Below, in pieces: positions 27,331 through 39,383 of a stretch of 64,000 nt of DNA. Under the pieces are notes generated by a model. It was given only the letters and a program-made list of their open reading frames with translations. It did not search any database and was not told the DNA's origin. Made by a program: the position numbers and the translations under genes. The DNA is taken from contig OZ024765.1 of assembly GCA_964016885.1 (NCBI GenBank), positions 6,138,001-6,202,000 of the forward strand, read 5' to 3'. The DNA comes from Eledone cirrhosa. Lineage: Eukaryota. The stretch's first letter is position 1. Every line of letters starts with the position of its first letter.

Positions 27331-28387
27331 CTAGCTGAGCTACCCGGCTTCACCCGGGAGAATAGTTAAGAGAAAACGGATAAAAGAGAAAACGACTGTA
27401 TTGGATGTGTTGTCTGGTATGAGGTGAGACTGTAATGTGTGTGAGTGAGGGAGACAAAAAAAAACAATCATAAAACTTCCTTATTAGGATGGGGGAGGAA
27501 ACTCCTGATTAAATGGTAGCATTGGCCTTGGATTGTAAATGTGAAATAACCATAGTCAGTATGATCTTTTTCAGCTCCAAAGGACGTCATCTGAAACGCA
27601 GCAATATACCGCATAACATTGCTTCTGAAGTGTTTAGCTTCGTTAGTACGGTCTGCATATAGTATATGGATAAAAGCTGGAGGGTAGATTAATTTCAAAT
27701 AGTATCAATTTTTCTTTGTTCTGTAAAATCAAAGACTGTAGAACAACTTTATAAAAGCTAACACAATATTGTTAAACCTTCCTATAGATCAAAGGATCAT
27801 CATCATCATCATCATCACCATTTTACGTCCGTTCTTCCACGCTAGCATGGGTTAGACGGGTTGTCCTGTTGTGTGCAGTGTCTGGTCGGCTGACCATGCC
27901 TTGCTCATACAGGAACTGATCTGGCTTGATTTCTACAGCTGGATGCCCTTCCTAACACCAACCTCATTTACAGTGAGTGATGGGTACTTTTTCGTGGCGC
28001 CTACACGTCCACTTTACAGTGTGGGCTGGGTGATTTTTTGCCGTGGCACCTCCACGACCACCTTGCGGTGGGGGGTGTGGGGGCATATTGTTTATATGCT
28101 TCAGCATGTACCCATGGGAGGTCGGGTACTCTGTATTACTGTGCGACGCCAGAAGTCACGGTCGTGTGTCATTGTCTTTGAGAGGTGTAATTGGGTAAGG
28201 TCGGCTTTTATCACCTCATCCCAGGTCATCTATAATTTAAGCCGTTTCTAGACTTTCGTGGGACGTCACTCTCTCTCTCTGAATACCTAACACTTTAATT
28301 GTATCTCTCTCTCTTTAGATGTGTGTGTGTGGTTTTCATGTGATCCAAGCAACCAATAAACATCTCTCTTTTATATATATATCTAGA
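27331..28387 (-). mobile_element. internally deleted Helitron with RepHel N-terminal remnant
   Basis: 5' TC(TAGATATATATATAAAAG), 3' hairpin CCCGGGTGAAGCCGGG then CTAG, inserted between A and T with no TSD; ORF 27468-27698 KHFRSNVMRYIAAFQMTSFGA...FTIQGQCYHLI. Confidence 0.88.
27797..28230 (-). mobile_element. 3' fragment of the same RTE family as 60258-62817
   Basis: reverse complement nearly identical to 62390-62817, including the (GAT)n tail. Confidence 0.9.
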
Positions 28388-29099
28388 TAATTATCTTACA
28401 TAATATCAAATCTATGAGATTTTGATGTTATTTATTTTGAGAACAACACCTTAACGACAGTATGAGTGGCCAGTTATGGCCAGTTTGAACAGAAAGAGGT
28501 GAGAGAATCCTGGCTGGTTATGGCTGGTTTAAATGCTAAAGGGTTAAAGTGTTTATTGGTGAAATATATTTCTTTAATGAAATATATACAAGGAAGATTA
28601 ATCATTTTTAAAAGGTAATATTTGAAGCTCTAGTTAAACTTTAATTAGTTACTTACCTAGCTGTGTGTGATTACACACTTTACAAATTATCCCCTGTGAT
28701 TGTTTCATATGTTTATTTTAAATATATATATATGCCTTGCAATCGAAAGGTTGTGAGTTCAATTCTCAGACCAGGTGATGTGTTGTTTCCTTGAGCAAGA
28801 CACTTTATTTCACATTGCTCCAGTTCACTCAGCTGTAGAAATGAGATGATAGGGACTGGGTTCCCTATCATTCCACTGCAAAGTGGTCGTGGAGGTGCCA
28901 CAGCAAAAAAGCACCCAGCACTCACTGTAAATGAGGTTGGTGTTAGGAAGGGCATCCAGCTGTAGAAATCAAGCCAGAATCAGTTCCCGTCCCACCCTTG
29001 CAAGCAGGGGAAAAGCGGACGTAAAATGAAATGATGATGACGATGATGATGTCAATCAATTTCTAGTTGATATATTTATTTAATATATCGAAGTCATCA

Positions 29100-29400
29100 G
29101 ACAGGAGTCCGGCGTGAGGGATGTCATTACGGAATATAGGCACGGCAAGTTCAGATGGGCTGGACACGTCGCACGGTTCACCGATAATCGGTGGACCCGT
29201 GCAGTTGCCGAGTGGTGCCCGCGCGAGCAGAAACGACCACTCGGAGGGCCTCCACGAGGGTGGAGTTACGATTTTAAGAATACGATTGGGAATACATGGA
29301 TGAGGAAAGCATGATCCAGAGAGGAATGGACGGCGTGCTGTGACCAGCGGCGCTGAATGGACGCCCGACAGACTGGTCGGTTAAGATGATCAAGGTGATA
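29100..29400 (+). mobile_element. RTE family C 3' fragment (short reverse copy at 16897-16965)
   Basis: KFRWAGHVARFTDNRWTRAVAEWCPR...GGPPRGW. Confidence 0.8.
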
Positions 29401-29770
29401 TTTATTTAAAAACCTCCCATCATAATTTTATGTAAGACCCTTTGTTCCAAACACCAGCTTAATAACGAGAAAGTCAGTTATATTATTAAATCCCTTCGAA
29501 TTTTGGATTATTTTCAGAATTACTTGACAACAGGTGGTATCTTTCATTAGAAATAAGGTAACAAAAGTGATAAATTGTTTATATTTATCTAAAAATCTAT
29601 CATAATTTCAAGAACCTTGTTAAGTTATGTTCCAAACACCAGCTTAATAATGAGAAAGTTAGTTATATTACTAAATCCATCCAAATTCTTGATTAGGGTC
29701 CAAAAGGGTTAATAAAAAAAGTGGTTCAATAACAACAAGAAAACTCAAACCAAGGAGAAAATGGGATTAC

Positions 29771-29858
29771 CTTGAAAAGCTGGGCAATTACTGAGAAGGT
29801 TCCTGTTTAAATGTAGACAAATATCAGCTTGAAGGCATTCTGGAAAACTTTTTAATAC
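29771..29858 (-). CDS. KCNH2: erg exon: C-linker [29 protein letters not shown]
   Basis: 88 nt, phase 0-1, ttgcag/gtaatc; matches h[22 protein letters not shown]. Confidence 0.96.
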
Positions 29859-29952
29859 CTGCAATGTAGAACATAATATGTATTATATATGAGGGTTGGA
29901 TGAAAAGTTCATCCAGCTGTAAAAAATCCAGCCAAAATATAGTTCCGTTTAA

Positions 29953-30385
29953 CCCTTCAGCATTTACATTACTCTATATTTACTATTATATTTTCATGGT
30001 AAAGGCTTTATCTCACATAACATAGAATCTATGAGATCTTGATATTATATATTTTGAGAACAATATCTTAACCCCTTAGCATTTAAACCAGCCATATCCA
30101 GCCAGAATTCTCTCACCTCTTTCTGTTTAAACCAGCTATAACTGTCCACTCATATTTATATTAAGGTATTGTTCTCAAAATAAATGATATCAAAATCTCA
30201 TAGATTCGATATTATGTGAGATAACAATGTAAGATAAATCCTTTACCACAAAAATATAATAGTAAATAGAGAGTAATGTAAATGCTAAAGGGTTAACATC
30301 AATATGAGCGGCCGGTTACAGCTGGTTTGAACAGAAAGAGGTGAGAGAATTTTGGCTGGATATAGCTGGTTTAAATGCTAAAGGG
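29953..30385. mobile_element. TTAA MITE with a second, inverted copy (30072-30292) inserted at its internal TTAA
   Basis: ttaa duplicated at 30068-71 and 30293-96; the outer copy resumes after the insertion. Confidence 0.85.
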
Positions 30386-30659
30386 TTAAGTAAGGTACAG
30401 CATGGCCAACTGGCCAGACCTCCCTCTTAATGGGTCCACAAAGCTCCCACACTAACATGGTTGATTCTAGGAAAGGACTCCAGCAACCATAAAAGCCTAA
30501 CCAAAACACATGCTCTGCTATGTAAACAAGGAACATGCCCTGCTATAACAAGGAACAGGTCCAGAATTGGTAAAAATTCTAAGTCCTGCATGAGTTAGCA
30601 TGTTTACCTAATCCTTGTTATATACCTCTGAAGAAGAGATTTTATCTCAAAATATCAGG

Positions 30660-31022
30660 ATGGATGTGCAATGTTAATGTGCGTGAACAACCAAACATGG
30701 ATGAGTTAGAGTGAAACTGTGTATAAGAGGGATAAACTGTAGTGTGCGGGAGAGAAGACTGCGTTGGTATGGTCATGAGATGCGCATGAAGGATGACCGA
30801 TGGGTAAAGAAGTGCCAAGAAATCCCAGTGGAAGGAAGATGCAGTATAGGAAGACGACGAAAAACATAGGTGGAGGTGGTGAGAGCTGACCTCAGCTCGC
30901 TGAAGTTCACGGAGATGACGAGGGACCGTGACAAATGGAGAGATGCTGAGCTGAAAAGGACCCGTCCCACCCTTGCAAGCAGGGAAAAGCGGACGTAAAA
31001 TGATGATGATGATGATTATCAT
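30660..31022 (+). mobile_element. RTE family B 3' fragment
   Basis: same sequence as 10525-11040, ends ccttgcaagcagggaaaagcggacgtaaaa(tga)n. Confidence 0.88.
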
Positions 31023-31110
31023 CAGGACACATAAATAAATAACATCGTCTTATTTTATTGTTTGCCCATTTCACACTGTCGTGGTCAAACTTCACATTTT
31101 TCTATATGAT

Positions 31111-31440
31111 GGAGGCACATGGCTTAGTGGTTAGAGCATTGGTCTTGCAATTGAAAAGTTGTGAGTTCAATTCTCAGATCGGGTGATGTGTTGTTTCCTT
31201 GAGCAAGACACTTTATTTCACATTGCTCCAGTTTACTCAGCTGTAGAAATGAGATGATAGGACTGGGGTCCATATCATTCCACTGCAAAGTGGTCGTGGA
31301 GGTGCCACGGCAAAAAAGCACCCAGCACTCACTGTAAATGAGGTTGGTGTTAGGAAGAGCATCCAGCTGTAGAAATCAAGCCAGAATCAGTTCCCGTCCT
31401 ACCCTTGCAAGCAGGGAAAAGCGGACGTAAAATGATGATG
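31111..31440 (+). mobile_element. tRNA-derived SINE type 1 with RTE-derived tail
   Basis: A box tggcttagtgg, B-box-like gagttcaattc, central ccttgagcaagacacttt, RTE tail; copies at 28735-29050(+), 55810-56140(-), 57966-58350(-); related heads at 49961-50165(+), 19500-20070(-), 10110-10300(-). Confidence 0.85.
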
Positions 31441-31487
31441 TGTTTGTGAACACGGCATGTAAAGCAGATTTGCGTAATTCAAGTCTA

Positions 31488-31890
31488 ATCATCATCATCA
31501 TAATTTTACGTCCTCTTTTCTCTGCTTGCAAGGGTGGGATGGGTCCTATTCGGCACAGCTCCAATCATCACGGTCCTTCGTCATCTCCTATGTGAGCTTC
31601 AGCGATCTGAGGTCAGCTCTCACCACCTCCACCTATGTTTTTCGTGGTCTTCCTCTACTGCATCTTCCTTCTACTGGGATTTCTTGGCACTTCTTTACCC
31701 AGCGGTCATCCTCCATGCGCATCACATGTCCATAACATCGCAGTCTTCTCTCCTGCACACCACAACTTATCCGTCTTATACCCAGTTTCTCTCTCAACTC
31801 GTCCATGCTTGGTCGTTCACTTACATTGACATTGCACATCCAATGGAGCATGCTTGCTTCATTTCTCTCCAGCCAATGCATATCCTCTGT
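31488..31890 (-). mobile_element. RTE family B 3' fragment
   Basis: LERNEASMLHWMCNV...RRLRCYGHVMRMEDDRWVKKC. Confidence 0.88.
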
Positions 31891-32047
31891 AGTTGCTGCT
31901 CATTTTTGATAAATAAAATAATTAAAAACCACACACATTATAGCGCGTTATTCACACAAAGTAAATATTCAATATTTTTTCAAGAGGCGTTAAAGCAAAT
32001 TTGCATACTTCAAGTTCGCGTAAAAAGTGAACAGACTGTATATATTA

Positions 32048-32323
<276 letters not shown>

Positions 32324-32733
32324 CTACTGTTGGGTCCCAAATAATAGGGGGGGGGAGAATAAGTGGAGGTGGGAGTAGGGTTTAAGTGGGGGGTAAGCAG
32401 GGGGATGGGGTGGAATAAACGGGGTGGGATGCGAGTGGAGAATAAGCGGGAGGGGGGATAAGCAGGGGGTGGAATAAACGGGGTAGGGTGGGAGTGGAGA
32501 ATAAGCAGGTGGTAGGGTGGAATAAGCAGGGGTCTTGTTGAAAATTGGTAATATTTCTAGGTTGCCAATGTTGATTTTATCTAAACAACCAGAATTAGTC
32601 ATTTAGTTTACATATTGAGACCCAAACCGTTCCTATTTATTTTACAATACAGGATTTCTTGTAATGTACTTTCTGGGCTCAAGACAGACTTTAGAATTTT
32701 AGTGTTCTAGAAGTCTAAGGCTATAGCGTAGGA

Positions 32734-33012
32734 CAGGCATGTCAGACTGAGGGTCCCCAGAGGGCCACATGTGTTGTCCGAGGGCCACATGGGTCAAATA
32801 TGTGTTGTCCGAGGGCCACATGGGTCAAATATGTGTTGTCCGAGGGACACATGGGTCAAATATGTGTTGTCCGAGGGCCACATATGTGTTGTCTGAGGGC
32901 CACATGGGTCACATATGTGTTGTCTGAGGGCCACACATGACAACTAATTGCACACATTAAAACTAATTTTTTTCATTTTACCTTTGTGCAGGCCACATGT
33001 TAGACGTGCCTG
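32734..33012. mobile_element. older hAT-like MITE with internal ~38-bp tandem repeat
   Basis: caggcatgtc...gacgtgcctg ends, imperfect 8-bp TSD. Confidence 0.55.
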
Positions 33013-33419
33013 GCGTGGAGGTTCACATTAGCCTGACATGTGAAACACCACAATGAACTCTCTTGGCAGAGTTCTTTTCTTGAAACCTGATGTGTGCAGA
33101 CAAGTTGGGAGACCAACCATTACACTGAAGGATGTTCTTAAAGATGACACCAGATATAGTGGAGGCATTTCCTAACACCAACCACATTTACTGTGTGGAA
33201 AACAGATCTTCTCTGACAACCTGATGTGTGCAGACAACTCAGTATCATCTTCAGGATGTCCCTGAAGATGATACTGAGTTGGAGGCAGGGGAAATTCAAA
33301 CAGCAAAGCAGGATAGGATGAGATGGAGGAGGAATTTTGTCATGCTGAAAAATGTCCAGAACATCTCGTGGAAAAGGCACGTAGCAAATAAATTTCTCTG
33401 TGGTTCACACCTTCACCTT

Positions 33420-34173
33420 TCTTGGAAACATTTTTTCACACTCAGAGTTGCTGAAGCATGGAACAAACTACCTGCATCAGTTGTTAGCTGCCGAGACACT
33501 GCATCCTTTAAAACCTCCATGGAACAAACTACCTGCATCAGTTGTTAGCTGCCGAGACACTGCATCCTTTAAAACCTCCATGGAACAAACTACCTGCATC
33601 AGTTGTTAGCTGCCGAGACACTGCATCCTTTAAAACCTCCATGGAACAAACTACCTGCATCAGTTGTTAGCTGCCGAGACACTGCATCCTTTAAAACCTC
33701 CATGGAACAAACTACCTGCATCAGTTGTTAGCTGCCGAGACACTGCATCCTTTAAAACCTCCATGGAACAAACTACCTGCATCAGTTGTTAGCTGCCGAG
33801 ACACTGCATCCTTTAAAACCTCCATGTAACAAACTACCTGCATCAGTTGTTAGCTGTCGAGACACTGCACCCTTTAAAACCTCCATGGAACAAACTACCT
33901 GCATCAGTTGTTAGCTGTCATGACACTGCATCCTTTAAAACCTCCATGGAACAAACTACCTGCATCAGTTGTTAGCTGTCGTGACACTGCATACTTTAAA
34001 ACCTCCATGCTTCCTGAAATTCGCTTATATCCCCCTTCCATACACACACACACACACACACGTATATCATGACTCATACACTGTTCAATTTTCTGACATT
34101 TGTGCATTATTCTATGTACTATATAGGCAACTTTGATGAGTTGTAGTGCACCTGAGCACTGTACATGATAATT

Positions 34174-34204
<31 letters not shown>

Positions 34205-34205
34205 A
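33420..34205 (+). mobile_element. CR1-like LINE 3' end with 61-bp unit amplified ~9x and (ATT)n tail
   Basis: FFTLRVAEAWNKLPASVV motif; unit atggaacaaactacctgcatcagttgttagctgccgagacactgcatcctttaaaacctcc. Confidence 0.75.
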
Positions 34206-35081
34206 AAGCAATGGAGAACTGCATCAGCCGGACATGTGAAACGTCACAACGAACTCAGCTGGCAGAGTTCTTTTCTGGAAACTTGATGTGTGCAGAGGAG
34301 TTGGGAGACCAACCACCGTGATGTAGGATGTCCTTGGAGATGACATCAGGTTGGAAGGCAGGGGTAATTAAGACAGCAATGTAGGACTGGGTGAGCTGGA
34401 GGAGAAACTTCAAGATGGCACCAGTAACAGATGTATAGAAGAAGAAAAAGAAGAAGAAGGTGGTCAATTCGGCACAGTTAGTAGAGCAACAGACAGTTGT
34501 TCCTGGTGTCTGCATTCATTATCATCATCATTACCAACATTACCATCATCACCACCATCATACTTGCGAGCATCATCATCATTGTGTTGTTTAACATATG
34601 CTTTCCTTGCTAGCAAGTGCAGGATGAGTCTACATAGACCAAGTCAGTACTGAAGTGGGGCTACTGACCTCCCAGACAGGCCGAGGGTCGTGGGGATATG
34701 CATCTCATACTTTTAATATGATGATGACGATGATGATGATGACAATAATAATTACGTTAACAATGGAGAGAAAGAGAGAAGAAAAGAAAAAAAACATAAA
34801 CAAACAAACAGCAACAACAAAGTAACCATCTTAATCCTTACTTTACACCCAACCACAAATTATCAATATCGAAAAAACTTTTTACAAAGAAAGGAAAATA
34901 ACAACAACCACAACAAAGCAATTATCTTTACTTACACCCAATCAGCATTATTAACCTTTAATGCGCTGTCGGCGACAAAAGAGTAATCTCCCCTAAATCT
35001 GTTGACTGCTATGTATATTTTACACAGCTACAGTTGCTGTGCTGGGTTATTTTTTTCCAGTAAAATGACTATCTTTTAAAC

Positions 35082-35385
35082 CAGGGGTCCCCAACCTTTT
35101 GGGTCCACGGGCCGGATAGCCATGCAGCGGAGGCTCCGCGGGCCAGATGCGCAATTAATACTACTTATATACAAATAAGTAATCATTTATTTATCTCTTA
35201 TGTTAGATTTGAAACAAAATTCAATATTGATACTTAGAGCTGTCCCAAGCAGAAAAATACATTTAAACATTGTTTTATTCGGCAATATCGATAGATCGGG
35301 TGTGAATTTATTGCAAACTGAACCCTTTTTAGAACCCTCGCAGGCAGGATAAAGGCCTTCGCGGGCCGGGGGTTGGGGACCCCTG
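35082..35385. mobile_element. hAT-type MITE
   Basis: TIR caggggtccccaacc / ggttggggacccctg with perfect 8-bp TSD ttttaaac. Confidence 0.92.
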
Positions 35386-36047
35386 TTTTAAACAAACATT
35401 TATTAACAACATATCTGAATGATTGACAAACGTCACATCAATAAACTAGTAACCCCATCTAGCTTTGAAGTTATGAACTGTTGGAAGCAAGTTCATAACT
35501 TTGAAGTTATGAACTTCATCTCCCTTACTATCCTCCGGAGAAACATCTTTTCCATTCTGTCCGCTGGGGCTCTGAGGGAGGCCAGCACATGGGACCCCAT
35601 TTGCTCACCGTACAGAGAGATGGGGGAGGGTGAGAGAGATGGAGGTGACAACAGGGGGAGTTCAGCTCTTCACGTTCGGACCATACTCTTGTGTTTCAGT
35701 TTAGAAGTAATTCTATACTAAGAACGTATCAATATCTAGTAACATTATCATGTTGTCTATTGGACTCTCGCTGTTAGTAAAATATTATCATAGAATTGTA
35801 ATGAGAAAAACCACAGCTATGTGAAAAAATGAGCAGAATTAATTAACTCAACATTTTGTAAAACTTTGAAGTTATGAACTGGTGGAAACGAGTTCATAAC
35901 TTCAAAGTTATGAACTGTTAGGACGAGTTATCTCATGTATGGCACTGGATTACATACATGTTAGGACAAGTTATGTTGTCTACGGTACTGAAGAGGTTAA
36001 TACATAATATAGAATCAAGGGAAGGAATCCATTAAAATATTCAGCAT

Positions 36048-36386
36048 GCATAGATGAGTTGAGAGAGAAACTGGGTATAAGAGGGACAAGTTGTGGTGTG
36101 CAGGAGAGAAGACTGAGATGGTATGGACATGTGATGTGCATGGAGGATGACCGCTGGGTAAAGAAGTGCCAAGAAATCCCAGTAGAAGGAAGATACAGTA
36201 GAGGAAGACCACGAAAAACATGGGCAGTGGTGGTGAGAGCAGACCTCAGATTGCTGAAGCTCACAGAGGAGATGACGAAGGACCATGGAAAGTAGAGAGA
36301 TGCTATGTTGAATAGGACCCGTTTCACCCTTGCAAGCGGGGAAAAGCGGACGTAAAATGGTGATAATGATGATGATGATAATGATG
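36048..36386 (+). mobile_element. RTE family B 3' fragment 80 nt from the pore-exon donor
   Basis: ORF 36059-36295 RRLRWYGHV; (GAT)n tail. Confidence 0.88.
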
Positions 36387-36468
36387 CTGACGGTTAATAT
36401 CGCAAAAATATTTTTACAAAGAAAAGAAAAGAACCACAACAACATAGAAAGTAATTAACTTTACTTAC

Positions 36469-36868
36469 ACCCAATCAGCATTATTAATATCGAAAAAATT
36501 TTTTCCGAATTGGTATTGGGTGATACATTACCAAAACCAACACTGGTAAGGCTGCTGAATGTAAAATAAAGGGCTGTGACATATTTTGACTTGATGGTCG
36601 GACCACTATGAGTTTCATTCGGATCGTAGTACTGTTGTGTCTGTTTGGCCAGCTCATCTAGCCAGCCGACCGGGTGTCGTAGGAGGGGGCGCTCCACATT
36701 GCCAATGGCGTACCATATACAGGCCAGCCAATGTGCAATTAGAGCAAATGTTGCCATTAATAACATCAGCACCGCTGCGCCATATTCGGAATACCGGTCC
36801 AGCTTCCGTGCAACCCGTACCAGCCGAAGCAGGCGAGCGGTCTTCAGCAAACCGATTAACGTGGCAGT
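36469..36868 (-). CDS. KCNH2: erg exon: S4, S5, pore helix, GFG filter, start of S6
   Basis: [28 protein letters not shown]...[26 protein letters not shown]; 400 nt, phase 0-1. Confidence 0.98.
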
Positions 36869-37250
36869 CTGGGAAATACATAGAGGATAATAATTATTTC
36901 TTTAAGAGGAAGAAGAAGAATATATATATATATATATATAAGCAAAAGGGATATTCAATTTGTTGGTAATTCAACAAATATAAATGTTTATAACTGATTT
37001 AGAGCACTCAACAGTTTACTGGAGTAAATATTCAATGATATTTAATAAATAGAAACTATATTTATTCTATTATATATATTTCAAGGGTATCAAATCTTTG
37101 GTACGCTTTCATCAGATAAAATACAAAGTTTGTTTTATAAATTTTGACATATCCAAGAAAAGATACCTTACCGGTTCACTATCCAAGAAAAACTTGAACC
37201 AGTAAGATATCTTTTCTTGGATATGTCAAAAATTTATAAAACAAACTTTG

Positions 37251-37311
37251 TATTTTATCTGATGAAAGAGTACCAAAGTTTTGGTACCCTTGAAATATAT
37301 ATAATAGAATA
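37251..37311 (+). ncRNA. minimal hammerhead motif, AT-rich family (mirror copy 37063-37123 on minus)
   Basis: TATTTTAT-CTGATGA-AAG.GTACCAAA/TTTGGTAC.CTT-GAAA-TATATA-TA^ATAGAATA. Confidence 0.72.
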
Positions 37312-37458
37312 AATATGGTTTTATAAATATAGTTTCCATTTATTAAATATCATTGTATATATATATATTTATATAGAAGTGGTTACACAACAGTTAGTTC
37401 ACCATACCGAGAACAATTATTTTACCTTAGCAGATCCTCAGCTCGTAATGTCCATTAC

Positions 37459-37494
37459 GAGCTGAGGATCCGCTAAGGTGAAACAATTGTTCTC
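37459..37494 (+). ncRNA. minimal hammerhead motif, third family
   Basis: GAG-CTGAGGA-tCCgctaaGGt-GAAA-CAATTG-TT^CTC; palindromic stem III. Confidence 0.65.
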
Positions 37495-37730
37495 AGTATG
37501 GTGAACTAACTGTTGTGTAACCACTTCTACCTAACTCGTTCCATGGACTGAGTGCTCTACCACTACGAATATTACCTTCCAGTGTTCTACCACTATATAT
37601 ACAGTGCGTTCTGTTATTAATTCTGGCAATATAACACAAATATGACCCTCCCCAAGTATAACAATATATATATATATATATATATATTATTCAAAATGTT
37701 AACAAATGAAAAATATTCTCAAACAAAATA

Positions 37731-37797
37731 TATATTTTATTATACATATTTCAAAGGTACAATGGTGTTTAAGTACGTTTTCATCAGACAAAATATA
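37731..37797 (-). ncRNA. minimal hammerhead motif, unpaired, in the pre-mRNA sense
   Basis: TATATTTTGT-CTGATGA-AAA.GTAC/GTAC.TTT-GAAA-TATGTA-TA^ATAAAATATA. Confidence 0.68.
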
Positions 37798-38301
37798 TGA
37801 TTTGATATTTTCCATTTGTTAACATTTTGAATAATATTAAAAACTCCATGAAAATCATTTGTTGAGTGCTTCTAATCTATTGTAATATTGCATTCATTGA
37901 GTAATCAACAAACCATACTAATCTTTGGTTATATATATATTTATGTATGTGTGTTGTGTGTCAGTACTTACTTCCTTAGTTTCTGAACCAAATGTCTGTC
38001 AGTGTGTGACTGTATGTGTATGTATGTATGTATGTGTCAGTATATATATATGTGTGTCAGTGTATATATGTATATATATATATATATCACGATAAATTAA
38101 CGGAGGCATAGGCCGTCGTTATTCCCTGTAAATAATGTGCTCAAAGGGGAAGAGATCCTGAGCCCTTTAAAATATAATATGTTGAGAAGGTAACACACCA
38201 GAGAGAGATATATAGTGCGCTATCAATAATACAGGGAAAAAAACTTGTATTATTGATAGCGCACTATATATCTCTCTCTGGTCTGTTACCTTCTCAACAT
38301 A

Positions 38302-38332
<31 letters not shown>

Positions 38333-38423
38333 GTATGTAAAAGGTAAACAGAAATAACAACACAATCGGTACAGTATATGGAAGGTATATATTAGGTTTA
38401 CGCTTGATAAAGCAGGAAGAGGG

Positions 38424-38459
38424 TCTTAACGTTTCGGACACTAATCCTTCATCAGAAGA
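38424..38459 (-). ncRNA. minimal hammerhead motif, fourth family (degenerate relative at 58883-58914, minus)
   Basis: TCTT-CTGATGA-aGGAttagtgTCC-GAAA-CG-TT^AAGA. Confidence 0.62.
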
Positions 38460-38557
38460 AAGAATGAGAAATAAAATAGATTGAGGGGACGGGCGGGTTG
38501 GAATTGGAAAAAATGTCTTTAGATAAAAATATATATGTGTGTGTCAGTGTATATGTG

Positions 38558-38669
<112 letters not shown>

Positions 38670-39138
38670 TATGTCAGTACTGACTTCATCTACTTGTGTG
38701 TATGAATGTATGTATGTGTCTGAATATATATATATATATAGTAATAATAATAAATGTGAAGACTAAAATCCGTTAAGGGTGAAAGCAGTAATTCTTTGCT
38801 TAAATTTTAATCTGCTATTTTAATAAATATATATATATATATACATGGAAAGTTATATTTAAATTGTTGGGTTAACAACGAGTAAATATTTATAACTGAT
38901 ATAAAAGCACTCAACAAGTATTTGGAGTATATTTATGATATTAAATAAATGGAAACTATATTTATAAAACCATATTTATTTCGTTATATATATTTCAGGG
39001 ATATCATATTAACAATATGTTATGCCATCTTCAGACAAAATACAATATAAACAGTCTTATAAATAAATAGATACGACATACCTGCAAGGTGATTGAAAGG
39101 TATGTCGTATCTATTTATTTATAAGACTGTTTATATTG

Positions 39139-39204
39139 TATTTTGTCTGAAGATGGCATAACATATTGTTAATATGATATCCCTGAAATATATATAACGA
39201 AATA
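39139..39204 (+). ncRNA. minimal hammerhead motif, AT-rich family (mirror copy 38977-39042 on minus)
   Basis: TATTTTGT-CTGAAGA-stem II-GAAA-TATATA-TA^ACGAAATA. Confidence 0.68.
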
Positions 39205-39283
39205 AATATGGTTTTATAAATATAGTTTCCATTTATTTAATATCGTTGTATATATATATATATATGTGTGTTTTAATATAGAA

Positions 39284-39336
39284 AAGCTTCTACAGGACTA
39301 GAACTGTTTCATTCGTGAGAAATCATCAGGAAGCTT
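39284..39336 (-). ncRNA. type I hammerhead motif, mirror copy in the erg pre-mRNA sense
   Basis: left arm of the 39269-39398 palindrome; differs only in loop II (tcac). Confidence 0.8.
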
Positions 39337-39383
39337 CCTGATGATTTCTCCCGAATGAAACAGTTCTAGTCCTGTAGAAGCTT
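39331..39383 (+). ncRNA. type I hammerhead ribozyme motif (complete)
   Basis: AAGCTTC-CTGATGA-TTTC tccc GAAT-GAAA-CAG ttctagtc CTG-TA^GAAGCTT; three stems and GUA cleavage triplet. Confidence 0.8.

Noticed and set aside
31111-31190. tRNA-like sequences (also 27100, 49961, 56060-56140, 58270-58350)
   Set aside because: SINE heads with A/B boxes that continue into SINE bodies; no complete cloverleaf or oligo-T terminator.
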